Of a stretch of DNA of 64,000 nucleotides, positions 49,601 through 63,690 are shown piece by piece. The notes under the pieces are model-generated. The model searched no databases, had not been told where the DNA came from, and saw only the letters and a list, made by a program, of their open reading frames with translations. The translations under genes and the position numbers were made by a program. Every line of letters begins with the position of its first letter. Positions within the stretch are counted from its first letter, which is position 1. Origin of the DNA: the human T2T-CHM13v2.0 reference genome, Homo sapiens; the NCBI RefSeq assembly GCF_009914755.1, contig NC_060927.1; one strand, 5' to 3'.

Positions 49601-51775
49601 TATCCTTGCTTACATAATATACGGGAGTCGGTGCTGGGGGATATAATTCTTTATGCAATTGCCTAATAAACTATGCCTTAATAGGAGAATGCAAGAAATA
49701 TTAAGGGAAACTCAACTTACTTGACCATTTAGAGTCAGCCTTTCTCTAGGAACGGGCTGAGCCTGAATAATCATGGTATAAACAAGCCTGTTGGGCTCTG
49801 ACTCTACCTAGATCAGAGACTACGTAGGGCTGTATGTTTTGCCCTTCAGCGCCTTCATCCCCTCACCTGTGAAGGGAGATGATTCTTAATTCTGTGGTTT
49901 CTGGAGAAGTCAAAAGAGAGACAAAATAAAGCATTCATTGTTCTTGTGTTTGGTAAATTCCCTCTTATAGGAAATATATTTCACTTTCCTAAATAAGATA
50001 ATAACACGAGGCCCTAAACATTAATTCCAGAAATTCTGTTCCATTATTCTTCCTCAAGGGGCCCTCTTTTCCTTAGTACCTTGACTGAACTCTCAGGAAA
50101 TTTCATTAAGCAAGATTACCACCACTACCCACCAAAAGCTTAATGTTTAATGCTAATTATTCCCTAGCATTCCCTATATATCCTTGTCTTCCACAGACAC
50201 AGATTTAAATTTTTAAAAACTGGATCTCTAAGTTTCAAACATACTAATTTTTACTTAAATGAAGCTTCTTCCCAGATAGATCTGGTAGGAACCTAAGTGA
50301 AGAGTTAATGATTTAATGTATGATTTAGTTGCAGGGCTTGAGTTAAGTTGGTTTATGAATTACCCAATGAAGAGAGGCTCCAGATTATTCATCAATGTCC
50401 ACAAAAATAGGTTGGGGTGGTGGGGAATGGGAAAAAAAAATCACAATCAGTTAAAATTTGCTGTAATATTTCCTTATATTTGTAGAGCTGTTTAGAATTC
50501 ACCCAGTTTGCAGGATTAAAACATTTTCAAATCTTGAGGAAGAATGATTGGGTTATAAATTTGCAGGTGATTAGGATAAAAAAAATTCAGCAAAGCAAAC
50601 CATTTAAGGGAGACAACCTATGTATGTTTTTCCTCACTCCTCATGACTAGAATAGTGCAGCAAACGCTATTATTCTATAATAGCTAGCAATGGAATAGTA
50701 AGTGAAAATTCACCTGGAGTTTCATGTTAACTTGAGCTGGGCTAAAAGACACACTTAAAAGAATACTGAGTTGTTTAAATGGGAATCCTCGGACTAAAGA
50801 TTATATTCAATTTAAAGGATTAGCTGAAAAAAGTCTAAGTGTGGCTAGGCAAAGAGGTTTCCAGAATCCTTAACCACATCTCAGTATTTATCCTGCCACT
50901 GAGGACACTGCTAACAGAAACTCCATGCTCTGCGTTACCCTCCAAAACATGTTTTCTGTGGTGTGCTTCTACACTGGAGACACCTGGAAAGAAGGACAAA
51001 TGGGCTTCGCTGTGGGTCCATGGAACACTTACTGATTTTCACCCAAAGTAAAGACCTTAGAAATGAAACAGAGGTAGACAAACAACTCTAGAGAAAAGTA
51101 AACACAAAATAAAAGTCACTGAAGTCCCTCTGAGAATGAATAGGAAGAGGGCAATTAAACAGAAATACTAACAGTCTTGGTGATGTTACTTAACACAGGC
51201 AGCCTCGGCTGGGTCAAGATGGAGAACAGTAACAGTAGAGTTCTCAGATCAGGTCAGTTAAGGAACTGGTGTAAGTGCCCCATATAATGTTTTTAAGAAA
51301 GCAAACAGTTTCCCCCCCTCCAAATTCTGTCATAATTTTAGTGTTTATGTAGCTTAAAAATGGCATCATACAAAAAACCTCATACATGGCTGTAAGCTCA
51401 ATTATCAACAGAGGTAGTAAACAAAGGAACTCCTAAGAATCGATTTTAAAATGATCAAAGTGTGACTATACATTCAAAACCCTAGAGCCACATAATCATC
51501 CCCAAAATGAACTGTTTTAATTTTAAAAAGTTTAAAAACACAATGACAATGAAGCACTGATATGCCTTAGGAACAGTCCCAAATCAGTGCTGACTTAAAG
51601 CTAAGTCCTCTCTTTCCAAGAAAAAGAAAGCAGAGAACAAAGTTCAATCTACAATGGGAGGGAACAGAATGAAAACAACCAAAAGGGTGCTTTCCAGCAG
51701 CCTAGGTTATTCTTTGTTTTCAGGCCACACCACTGGAAATGCTTTTCTTCTTATATAAGTCTTTTCCTCACAACC

Positions 51776-51781
51776 TTTATT
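51776..51781 (-). terminator. Candidate proximal poly(A) signal AATAAA of SFMBT1
   Basis: TTTATT on the plus strand about 240 nt after the stop codon. Confidence 0.35.
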
Positions 51782-52020
51782 TTTTAAAAACTGCCATCTG
51801 CTGAACAAGAGATGTCCACATTTCCACCAGCAGGTGATCCACTTCTGTGCACAGTTTTTGCTTCCTCACTGTGAGTCCTCCTTCCCCGAAAGTGCAAAGA
51901 GAGCAAGCTGATACCTGCAGGCCCCAGAGCCCCAGGACTATTCCAGCTCCACTTATAAAGCAGGGTGAAGGATTTGCTGCATTTGTGCTTCAAAGATCCA
52001 GCTCACTTTGGTTGTCCTTC

Positions 52021-52161
52021 TCAGTTGGCAAACTGCTCATAAAAAGCAAACTTGATCCTCTCTATGTGATGGCAAAGTTTGATGGCAGGGCCCAATTTTA
52101 AGTCCATGCATTCTTGAACAGTGGGAAGGGTAAGGAGCAACAGGGCCTGCCCATCAATTTC
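52021..52161 (-). CDS. SFMBT1: SFMBT1 terminal coding exon ([46 protein letters not shown]), C-half of SAM domain
   Basis: Acceptor ctttaacAG. Polycomb-type SAM motif EIDG.ALLLL...LKLGPA.K; TGA at 52023-52021. Confidence 0.96.
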   Translation of the reverse strand, partial: EIDGQALLLLTLPTVQECMDLKLGPAIKLCHHIERIKFAFYEQFAN

Positions 52162-52997
52162 CTGTTAAAGCATAAAAGACAAATTATCTGTGATGTGCAC
52201 ATGAAAGGCAGCTTGATCATGACAGCCTCTCCTCACTTTAGCTCTGTCAAAACTGGAATCCCTATGCTTTCCTTTCCTTACTTTTTCGTCTTAGGTATCA
52301 CACACTTCCTTTTAAGTGACTCCATAGTCTTCCACACTAATGAAGCTTCAGAATTAATAAAGTTTTACTGAGGACAATAAAGTTTTACCAAGGATAAGAA
52401 TCCATTCCAGAGTCTCTGTCCCATAGAAATTTAGTAAACTGACTAGCCCTGTAACTGGCAACTAATTGTGCCATCTTTTTAGAGGGTTCCTTCTAAATCT
52501 GAAACAAAGGATTAACTATCAACTTCAATGTTTTCCTACTCTGTAACATTCATAAAAACCCGATAAGCTCTTGAATCTCCCTAATTTTCTAAACAAAACT
52601 TATTTCAATGTTTAAGGCCACTGACTGTGTTTCAGCAAGCTTGCCTTAAAACTTATCACCACTCTAGAGCCTAATGTGACAGATGCTATTTTTTTTTAAA
52701 CAAGCAAATCATTATTTTTGAAAAGATGTGGACAATTAAGCATGGTATGCTTGATATTGGAGGGATGGAATCAAATTCTTAGGAAAAACTGGAATGCAAT
52801 GATAATCTCCTTCAACTATGAAGCAAGTCTGATAAATAACTTTTTATCATCTTTGACTCCTAAAAATGGAATTAAGACAATTCTTGTCTTTTGGATCAAA
52901 ACATTTTTCCTAAAACTTGTAAATAAATTGTTGACTATTACATCCATAATTTATTGCTAAAGAGACATTACTAAAAATTATAGGTATCTGTGATTAC

Positions 52998-53126
52998 CTG
53001 GTCTAGGAATATTCTTGCTAATGGAGCACAGTCAGTGGATCTGATGAACCGCACAACGTCTGCCACACTCCACTTCAAGGGGTTACTGTCCAGGTGAAGC
53101 CTTTCAGCAACTTCGATCCTTATTTC
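52998..53126 (-). CDS. SFMBT1: SFMBT1 penultimate exon, 129 nt ([43 protein letters not shown]), N-half of SAM domain
   Basis: SAM signature P..WSV.DV..F. Donor GTAATC; purine-rich acceptor ggggaatgaAG; phase 0 to 0. Confidence 0.93.
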
Positions 53127-53953
53127 CTTCATTCCCCACAACACAATCAAACCAAATGGTGTTACGGCTATTTTATTCTAAAAAAGTCTCTCTACCTAAA
53201 TTCATAATCTTTCAAGACATGATTTAAAGTGGTCTTAGGACATGATTTCTCCCAGCAAAGATGGCAAAGACCCACGTGCATCAGGTACTCAGGAAATGTC
53301 TGTCTTTTATAATACGAAGTATCAATGGGAAAGAATTTATCTCAAAGTTCCAGCACAGATAATTTAGACAATTTAACTAAGAAAAACAGGGTGCTGAAGA
53401 GAAGGGGATGATAATTCCATTGAGAGAAGGCTTAACTAAACTACCAGGAGGAATCTTTACTGCTTCTGTTCATGGAATATTCTTAAAAAGCAATCTAGTT
53501 TTTGAACACTAAATTGTTCTTTAGTGTTATACATATGTTATAAAATGTTCATATGTATATAGTAAATAATATATTAAGCCAAATGGCTTAACCAGAATCA
53601 AAAGGATAACTTTTTTCTACAAAACCATATATATTATGAAACATATTAAAAAGGCAGTTTTCCCAAAAATAAATGACAAGCTACAAATAAGCTAGCAATG
53701 GGGCTTTTTTTGTTGTTGTTGTTAAAACAAGCAGCTACTCTGAGAGAGACTTTCCCCCTATAAGTAGATGATCTCAACTAATCCTTGAAACACATGTAAA
53801 TCACTGCATTTGGGGTCACTTTACAAGAGACCCTGGAAATTCTACATAAGTCTGTATTGAAAGAAGTAGAATGTCAATATCACTAATAATCATATTCCAG
53901 ATGGAAATTCCAGAGAGAAAGAAAGAAAAAAGAAACTATTTTTTAAATGGTAC

Positions 53954-54199
53954 CTTTGGTGAAGGAGGTTTATTTTCATCGTCAGAAAATGAAAAGGTGC
54001 GAAGCTCCCTTTTTCTCCTTTGTCTATCTGGAGGCAGCGATGTGGATATCTCACTTTGGGTGGGAGAAGAGGAGCATGACTTTTTTTCTGACATTTCTGA
54101 TTCTTCCTGTAGCTCATCCTGCTGCTCGGATGTACTGCCTTCACTTAGGGAATCATCATCCCCTTCATCTGGGTCATCCTCATCTTCACCCCCACTTCC
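53954..54199 (-). CDS. SFMBT1: SFMBT1 exon, 246 nt, acidic/Ser-rich segment (GSGGEDEDDPDEGDDD...ENKPPSPK)
   Basis: Lies within ORF 53936-54256(-). Strong acceptor ctctccttttcctgcAG, donor GTACCA; 82 codons. Confidence 0.95.
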
Positions 54200-54226
54200 C
54201 TGCAGGAAAAGGAGAGAAGTCTCATT

Positions 54227-54300
54227 GAAATTCAGGACATCAATCCCAGGTTTCATATGATTAAAAAAAAATAATAAAGAAAGAAAAGAAATTCAGGACA
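54227..54300 (+). mobile_element. TSD-flanked 48-bp micro-retroinsertion with A-rich tail
   Basis: 13-bp direct repeat GAAATTCAGGACA (54227-54239 and 54288-54300) around tcaatcccaggtttcatatgatt plus an A-rich tail; TT|GAAA target site. Confidence 0.65.
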
Positions 54301-54439
54301 AACCAGTTCTTGGGCCACAAAACCATCTTCTATTGGCCAGAGATCTGAGTTAGAAAGACCTGCAGGTATTCTGTGTCCATACTATAAAGCAGTGGTCACT
54401 TGGCTTCAAGACATTACAGGCACATCACAGATCTCATAC

Positions 54440-54618
54440 CTGGGGAGAGCCCGCTGGGGTATTATCAACAGATGCAGAGGAGCGTTTCTTCTTATGAACA
54501 AAAACATTTTTCCGCCTCTTTCTCCTCTTACTGGCTTTTTTCAGGGCACAAGCTAAGTTACTATGCCCACCAGGTGGCCTCCCAATTCTTTTATTTTTCT
54601 TCTTTCCGTAATAGTGTG
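54440..54618 (-). CDS. SFMBT1: SFMBT1 exon, 179 nt, basic/NLS-like segment (HYYGKKKNKRIGRPPGG...KRRKRRK...HKKKRSS...GSPQ)
   Basis: Acceptor catttAG, donor GTATGA. Phase 1 to 0 and in frame with both neighbours. Confidence 0.95.
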
Positions 54619-54956
54619 CTAAATGTGGATGACAAAGAAAAATGAAGTAGCTTCATTATTTTTGTGTACCTCAAAACCACAAGAGATTTTATTAGCATAG
54701 CAAAAAACAGGTACATTGTATTTGATTGGGGTTTAAATTCCATAGAGTGGAATAAACAGATCTGAAGTGCACGGTTTGACTAGTACTGAATGATCCCTCC
54801 ATATCAAAGTATATAGAACATCTTCAACCCAGAAAGCTCCCATGGTCCCTTCCCAGTCAGTACCCCTTACTAGAAGCAGCCACTATTCTAAACACTATCA
54901 CTATAGATTAGCTTTGCCTCTATGGAACCACACAGTAAGCACTTTTTTGTGTGTGA

Positions 54957-55256
<300 letters not shown>

Positions 55257-55467
55257 GCCATGTGTGACTTCTTCTACTAGGCATAATGTTTTTGAGTCGT
55301 GTGTTTTATTATATGTTTCTTTTCTATTTGGATATCTGGTTGTACCAGTGCTATTTGTTAAAAAGAATTTCCTTTCTCCCTTAAATTTCTTCATCTCTCT
55401 TGTTGAAAATCATTTAACCATGTTAAGTTTGGCTCTATTTCTGGACCCTGTGGTCTGTCCCATTGTT

Positions 55468-55754
55468 CTATTTTTTTGAGACAGAGTCTGTCACCCAGGC
55501 TGGAGTGCAGTGGCGTGATCTTGGCTCACTGCAACCTCCACCGCCTGGGTTCATGTGATTCTCCTGCCTCAGCCTCCTGAGTAGCTGGGACTACAGGCGT
55601 CTGCCACCACACGCCCAGCTAATTTGTGTATTTTCACTAGAGACGGGGTTTCACCATGTTGGTCAGGCTGGTCTTGAACTCCTGACCTCAGGTGATCTGC
55701 CTGCCTCGGCCTCCCAAAGTGCTGGGACTACAGGTGTGAGCCACCGCACCCGGC
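55468..55754 (-). mobile_element. Alu (AluS-like)
   Basis: Antisense dimer. Confidence 0.9.
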
Positions 55755-56361
55755 TTGACTATTCTTTAATGCCACACTCTTGATTATTATAACTTTATGG
55801 TTAAAAAAAGAGAGAGACTAAGTCTTCCAACTTTATTCTTTTTTCCAAATTGTTTCAGCTATTCTAGATCCTCTGCATTTTCATATAAATTTTAGAATAT
55901 ACATTCCAGAAATGAAACATACATATTCTAGCTGAGTTATGTATTAAAGTAATATCAAAATATAATACAATTTTGTGAAAAAAATGGAAATTTTCTAAAG
56001 GATACGAATCCATTTGACATCATTCAAATTACTAACTGGGAAAAATTATAACTGTCCTTCTAAATTCTAGGCTAATTTCAACTATATTATTGTGAAAGAT
56101 AAATTCAGACAAAAGGCACAATAAAATCCACATATCTTCCCCTCACATATCTTCCTTCAGAGTAGTGTGCTTATATATGCATTTACATGAATAGTATTTT
56201 TCACTCAGCTCCTAATAATTGCAGTTTCCTAAACTAAGTGCTGAGTCTGATACAAGAAGCTAAGATAATTCCTACTCTTAAGGAGTTTACAATCCAATAA
56301 ATATAAATAGAAACTAGAAGGTTAGACTTATAAGATTTTGTAATTTAAATACTGATTAGAA

Positions 56362-56537
56362 AGCTCGTCATACTAAGTATGGACCTTGGATCAATAGCAT
56401 CAGTGGCATCTGGGAACTTGTTGGAAATGCAGATAGATACTCAGGACCCAGATACCCACAGACCTGATACATCAGAAGCTCCATTTTAACAAGATCCTTC
56501 AGTGATCTGCATGCACTATAGTTTAAGAGGCACAGAT
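56362..56537. mobile_element. MER5A-like DNA transposon
   Basis: agcatcagt.gcatctgggaacttgtt.gaaatgcaga ... ttttaacaagatcc..cagtgat. Confidence 0.7.
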
Positions 56538-57279
56538 CCCTAAAAGAAATCTTTCCATTTTAACAAGGTAAAAATCCTCCTCTGTAGTGATTCTCCCAAG
56601 TGACATAGGGCTTGTAGGATTTAAGGAAAGGTAGGATCAGAATTTTGTCTTTGGGTGGCAATGCCTTGACAAGGCTCCAAATTGTAAATTTCATCCTATG
56701 TGACCCCTGCCCCAGTTTCTCAAAGAAGATAAGCAAGGACAGCGAATAGGTGCTATGACAGTTCAAGGTGAGGTTGCAACTACCTCCTCTCCTATTTCCA
56801 CCTCCCCAACTAGTGTGGCTTCATTGCTGCTCTTCAGAGACACTAAGCAAGCTTCTGCCTCAAGCCTGTGCCCTTGATGCCCCCTCCCCAGAACACTCCC
56901 ACCCAGCTCTCTGCACAGCTGGCTCCTGTTTCCTTCAAGGTGTTACCTGTCAGAAAGACTTCCCTGACCCCTTGCATAAACAGCACCCCACCTCCCAGCC
57001 TTCCTCACTGTCCTATTTTGCTTGCCCACCTTGCTTCACTGTTCCCCACAGTATTTCTCTAAATACTGACCCCTCTCTAAATTTCTTCCCTTGTTTGTTA
57101 TCTGTCTCCCACATTAAAGGTAAACTCACTGAGGATAGGAATTTGTTTTCTTTATTGTTGTATCCCAGTGCTAGAGCAGCATAAGCACACAATGAGCACA
57201 AAATATATACTTGCAGATTGTATGAATGAATTACATATCCTATTAGATACAATAACTAATTTATATACATGCTATATAT

Positions 57280-57803
<524 letters not shown>

Positions 57804-57887
57804 TGAATGTCTGTAAAGTAAAAAACTTTCCAAGATGTAAGGTATGGTCAGCTGCTATGGTTAACACATTGGAAAAACATGACTCAC

Positions 57888-58063
57888 TGTATTTGGTCTT
57901 TGTAAGTACAGAACAGTTCTCAGAACACTTATCCAGAACCATCCGTGGACCGAAGAGGTTAGGACAGCATTCCAGTTTGATACAGGTTTGCCGGCAGAAT
58001 TCAGTCACCCGATCTGCTGTTTTCACTATCTCAACAGTAGCCCGATAACTCTTTCCTTTATAT
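57888..58063 (-). CDS. SFMBT1: SFMBT1 exon, 176 nt ([15 protein letters not shown]...[27 protein letters not shown]), SLED domain
   Basis: Lies within ORF 57646-58080(-). Acceptor gcAG, donor GTGAGT; phase 2 to 1. Confidence 0.95.
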
Positions 58064-58579
58064 CTGCCATTGGAAGACATCAGATGCCAAATATATTGGG
58101 CTAATGATTACCCAGAGAAAAATCAAACATATTAATACACCTAAAAAATATTTTTGCTTCTTGGAATATTCTATGTCCTTTATAGTTCAAGGGCCCTGAA
58201 AACAACAAGGAAGTTCTGCATATTGAACTTAAATCAAATTAAATCTGGTAAGCTATGACAACTAAAAGCTGAGTTATTTAAATTAGCAAAATTAAGCTCC
58301 TGCTTTCTGTTCCTAAGTTAAGGTTTTCAAATAGTAATTTCACTAACTGCTCTAAAAAGAAAAGTGACTTTTCACTAAGTCTTTCTTTACCCTTGGCAGT
58401 GATCCTCAGACTGTTATCCAAGGACCAGTATGACCTGCCAATTGCCTGCCATCCATCCATGACAAGATCAGAAAGCAAGAGTACCTGTTTATAACCTTTC
58501 ACAGTAATTTGAAAAAGTAATTTTATGTCTCTTACATCTAATAACAAAAATTGTTCTTGCATTTTTATGTCTTAAATTT

Positions 58580-58884
58580 CTTATTTCCTTTTTGTTTTTG
58601 AGATAGAGTCTCGCTCTGTCACCCAGGCTGGATGAAGTGCAGTGGCATGATCTCAGCTCACTGCAACCTCCGCCTCCCAGGTCAAGAGATTCTCCTGCCT
58701 CAGCCTCCCAAGTAGCTGGGATTACAGGCACACACCACGACACCTGGCTAATTTTTGTATTTTGAGTAGAGACAGGGTTTCACTATGTTGGCCAGGCTAG
58801 TCTTGAACTCCTGACCTCAGGTGATCCGCCCACCTCAGCCTCCCAGAGTGCTAGGATTAGGGGCGTGAGCCACGGTGCCCGGTC
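58580..58884 (-). mobile_element. Alu (AluS-like)
   Basis: TSD tcttaaatttc. Confidence 0.9.
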
Positions 58885-59060
58885 TTAAATTTCGTATTTC
58901 TTATAATTCATTCTATCATATTTTATAAATGTATTGATCCATGAAAGAATGGAAATCTAAAAAAGAAAAACAAGCCTGGGCCTTCACCACAAATAGCTGA
59001 AAAAGCCCTGCCTAAGGAAACATAAGGCTTCTGATATTATCCACAGAACTGATTCTGTGA

Positions 59061-59364
<304 letters not shown>

Positions 59365-59422
59365 TTCTGTGACTTTTTAAAGACAAGTAAAAGTAAAGAG
59401 TAAAAACAAGTAGTCCACTCAC

Positions 59423-59532
59423 TTGGCTTTTAGGACTTCCCCACATCCGTGCCACACAGAGTCTTTGTCCAGCTGGAGCTCCCGAAGGACACGGCTGGGT
59501 TTGTAGGCTGCATTGATAAGTAAAGTGAGGAC
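59423..59532 (-). CDS. SFMBT1: SFMBT1 exon, 110 nt ([36 protein letters not shown]), SLED domain
   Basis: Acceptor ctcAG, donor GTGAGT. Phase 0 to 2; AA+A = Lys joins the next exon. Confidence 0.95.
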
Positions 59533-60361
59533 CTGAGCTCAGTTTTAAAGCAGAAACACAGATTGGGAAGGAGAAAAGCAGACCATTAGAATCTTGTCAT
59601 CTCTTCCTTAAAATGTTAAGATTATTTAGGAGGTTAAATTCTAGTCATATGAATTAACAAATGTTAACAAAATAATAGTATCAGAGATATTACAGCCACC
59701 CAAAGGTGCAGATAAGAGAGTAACCAGATCCTTTTCAACATTTTTTAAATGTTACGGTCAGGAAAAAAACAGGTACCATGATTTTCAAATTGCTCCAGAA
59801 CATGCTTCCAAATGCTTTCCCAGCCACGGTACACACAGAAAATTATATTTGTTTGGACCACTGTGTAGACAGCTGAGCCTTCTTGTGGCTGGAGGAGTCT
59901 GGTCCAGACGCTCTGGCTTCCCCAGATCCTGACTTGCCACCCTGAGGGCTGAAAGGTCTCTTATCTGTTACTTGCAGCATATCACACTGGCTGGGAAGAA
60001 CAGAAAGCCCAGCAGATGTGTAGCTTTATCACGGTCGCTAGGTTAATGCCACATAGCCACGGCCTTTCAGTCATAGAGTAACCTCACAGTTCACTTTTGT
60101 ATAGTTCTCTTCTGGTCTCTGACAGAAGACCTTTCTACCCTGACAGAGGTGAACCTGCTGTGTGAAGAGTTGTTTACGTGATGTTTCCTAGGGAGGAGAA
60201 ATAATTACATACCCTCTTCACTGTCCAAAACATGAGAAAAGTTAGTAACTTTTGATAAAACCTAGAACTGTCACATCTATGGCATGTGGCTCCCTGTAGA
60301 AATGACCATAGGAGAATGCTGTGAAATTTCCAAGTTATTTTGCTCTAGGCCAGAACCTTAC

Positions 60362-60501
60362 CTCTCTAAGGACCAGAACACAGTTCCCAGGTCCTACACA
60401 TTGAGGCAGCTCAGCAATTCTTCCTTTGTTAAGATATGGCCCTGAGAAGCAACGGTGGTTGAAGTATATCTTTGGACAGCAATATTTTCCATTAATCATA
60501 A
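60362..60501 (-). CDS. SFMBT1: SFMBT1 exon, 140 nt ([46 protein letters not shown]), start of SLED/DUF3588 domain
   Basis: Acceptor ttcttcatttcccAG, donor GTAAGG. Open frame with an Scm-like SLED motif. Confidence 0.95.
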
Positions 60502-61327
60502 CTGGGAAATGAAGAAAAACAAATATTCAAAACAGTCATTCTCTACCCCACGTTTCCAAAGCTGAACTGCCAGGGAAGAAAAACGAAGCACATGTACCAT
60601 TATATTAATATAAAGTTTGGAATTACTTATTTTGAAGCTTAACATGTTGTCTGAGAATGCTCTTAAGTAACTTACAGAGCTTATCACTCTGCTGAAATCA
60701 AAGAGGGTCCTGAATTAACATGCTGATTAGTTCCTAGGTTACTGCAAAATTGATAGAAGAACCCTATCTTCTATTAATAAAGAAAGTGGAGGGTGTATTT
60801 TAAGAACACATGAGGATTCTGGATGATCAATGATTTCTTTTCCAGGTCTTCAAAAACCAACTTTCAATCATCTATTCTGGAATATTTATAGAAATTGTTG
60901 AATATTATTGAGAATTAGTTTGTCTCCTAAAAACCACCAAACTAATATGTTGGCAGCCTTTGATGTTGTGAGAGCAATCCCATCTCTGAGATTTCTCAGA
61001 GGGCTAAAAGTATGCTGTGACCACATCTCTAAGTTTTTTTTGTACTGTGGGGTATAACTGGGTCTGGAGACCCTTTTCTTCAACTATTTGTCTGTATCAA
61101 TACTGTCCTTCAATTTAATGTTTTTAAAAAATCCCCTCATAGTGGTAGGCATGTCAGCTGTTGAATGTAAAAAATTCAAAGACACTAAAATACTGCTATG
61201 AAGCACAGAGAAGCTCTTCTAATAGATATGCCTGTTAATCCAATGTTAAGGAAAGATATGCGCACACTGCCCATTGTTGATAGGATCCTGCAGTTCATAA
61301 TGTTTTCTCTTTAATTAAGAATAGTCA

Positions 61328-62141
<814 letters not shown>

Positions 62142-63033
62142 AAACCCAAACCAAAAGGCCTTGGCTGAGGTTGTGCAGAAGATATTAATGTCTTAAATTC
62201 TGTGGTTTCAGTAGGCATTCGAATGGCCAGGAAAGCATCAAAAGCAAGGAGTTACACAGTCCTAACCCTCTATGTACAAATGATGTAATGAAAAGGCAGT
62301 AGGTACAAGAGACGGAAGTACGGGTTTCTAATTTGTGAAAGACTTCAGTTTCATTTCTGGTCTTTCTACTCATAAGCTGTGTGATCTCTCTGAGCTTCGA
62401 TTTCTCTTCTAGGCATTTACTAAATATCACCCAAATGCGCAATCTGTGCTAGAATACACACAGCCAGGATGCTAAACATTACACAACAAGCACGTGGAAG
62501 TTAAGAATAGTTCAAGAGAGGACCCTGGACAAAAGGCTTGAACCTCCAGCAAGGATTTTTCTCTCATTTATCAGGCATTAATTGCCTCTGGGACAATTTC
62601 TTTTTCCATTGCTTTATTTTTTTCACATAAACTGTGAAATTTATATACAAAGTATGCATATCATAAAAAAGGGTTTTAAAAAGAATAAACTTCTACCTCT
62701 CAACCATCTAGCTTAAGAAAGAACACTGCCTGGAAAACTTCAGGTTCTTTAGCTAAAGTCAAGGATGGTAACATTGGCCTTCTGAGCCGTTGGCACACAA
62801 CGGTTGATCAGTAAAGAATAGCTACAATTATTAGAAATGGACGGAACTATCAGCCTAGAGATGATTATTAAACTAAACACATCTTAGACAGTTATAACTC
62901 TAAAGTCACAATTAAGAGACCCCTCTATGAAGACACATACTATACATCAAATGTACTGTTTTAAGTTATTTTCAGATATAGTCCATTAAAAGAAACTAAG
63001 TCTTCTTTTCCTTAAGATGACATGTGCTTATAC

Positions 63034-63098
63034 CTGACTCTGTGGAGTTCAGCTCCTGATTCCTCAGGCCCTCGTGGACAGTCCTCGAGGATGGTACT
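63034..63098 (-). CDS. SFMBT1: SFMBT1 internal exon, 65 nt (VPSSRTVHEGLRNQELNSTES)
   Basis: Acceptor ttcttgacccAG, donor GTATAA. Ends in phase 1, and G+TT = Val joins the next exon. Confidence 0.88.
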
Positions 63099-63273
63099 CT
63101 GGGTCAAGAAAACACAGTAAAATAGTGAGATAATTCTTAAGATCAGTAAAGTGTGAGGCTTAGTTTCCTTCAAATCTAAGAAGAAAGCAAATGTGGCATG
63201 TTCGCAAAATCTGTAACAGAAGGTACTCCCTTGATGATACTTTTTTTTTTTTTTTTTTTTTTTAAAAGAACAA

Positions 63274-63690
<417 letters not shown>

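Larger units (their letters stand above)
46600..52020 (-). other. SFMBT1: SFMBT1 3'UTR (candidate long form, about 5.4 kb)
   Basis: AT-rich, Alu-free stretch after the stop codon, with AATAAA on the minus strand at 51776-51781 and 46624-46629. The distal end is inferred. Confidence 0.6.

Noticed and set aside
52356-52395. 20-bp imperfect duplication containing AATAAA twice
   Set aside because: The AATAAA is on the plus strand, antisense to SFMBT1, and intronic; it looks like a simple slippage duplication.
53127-53953. U12-type intron as an explanation for the odd acceptor
   Set aside because: The donor is GTACCATT rather than GTATCCTT, and there is no CCTTAAC branch motif near the acceptor.
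53871-54260. Ser-rich 129-aa plus-strand ORF
   Set aside because: Antisense shadow of the acidic SFMBT1 exon.
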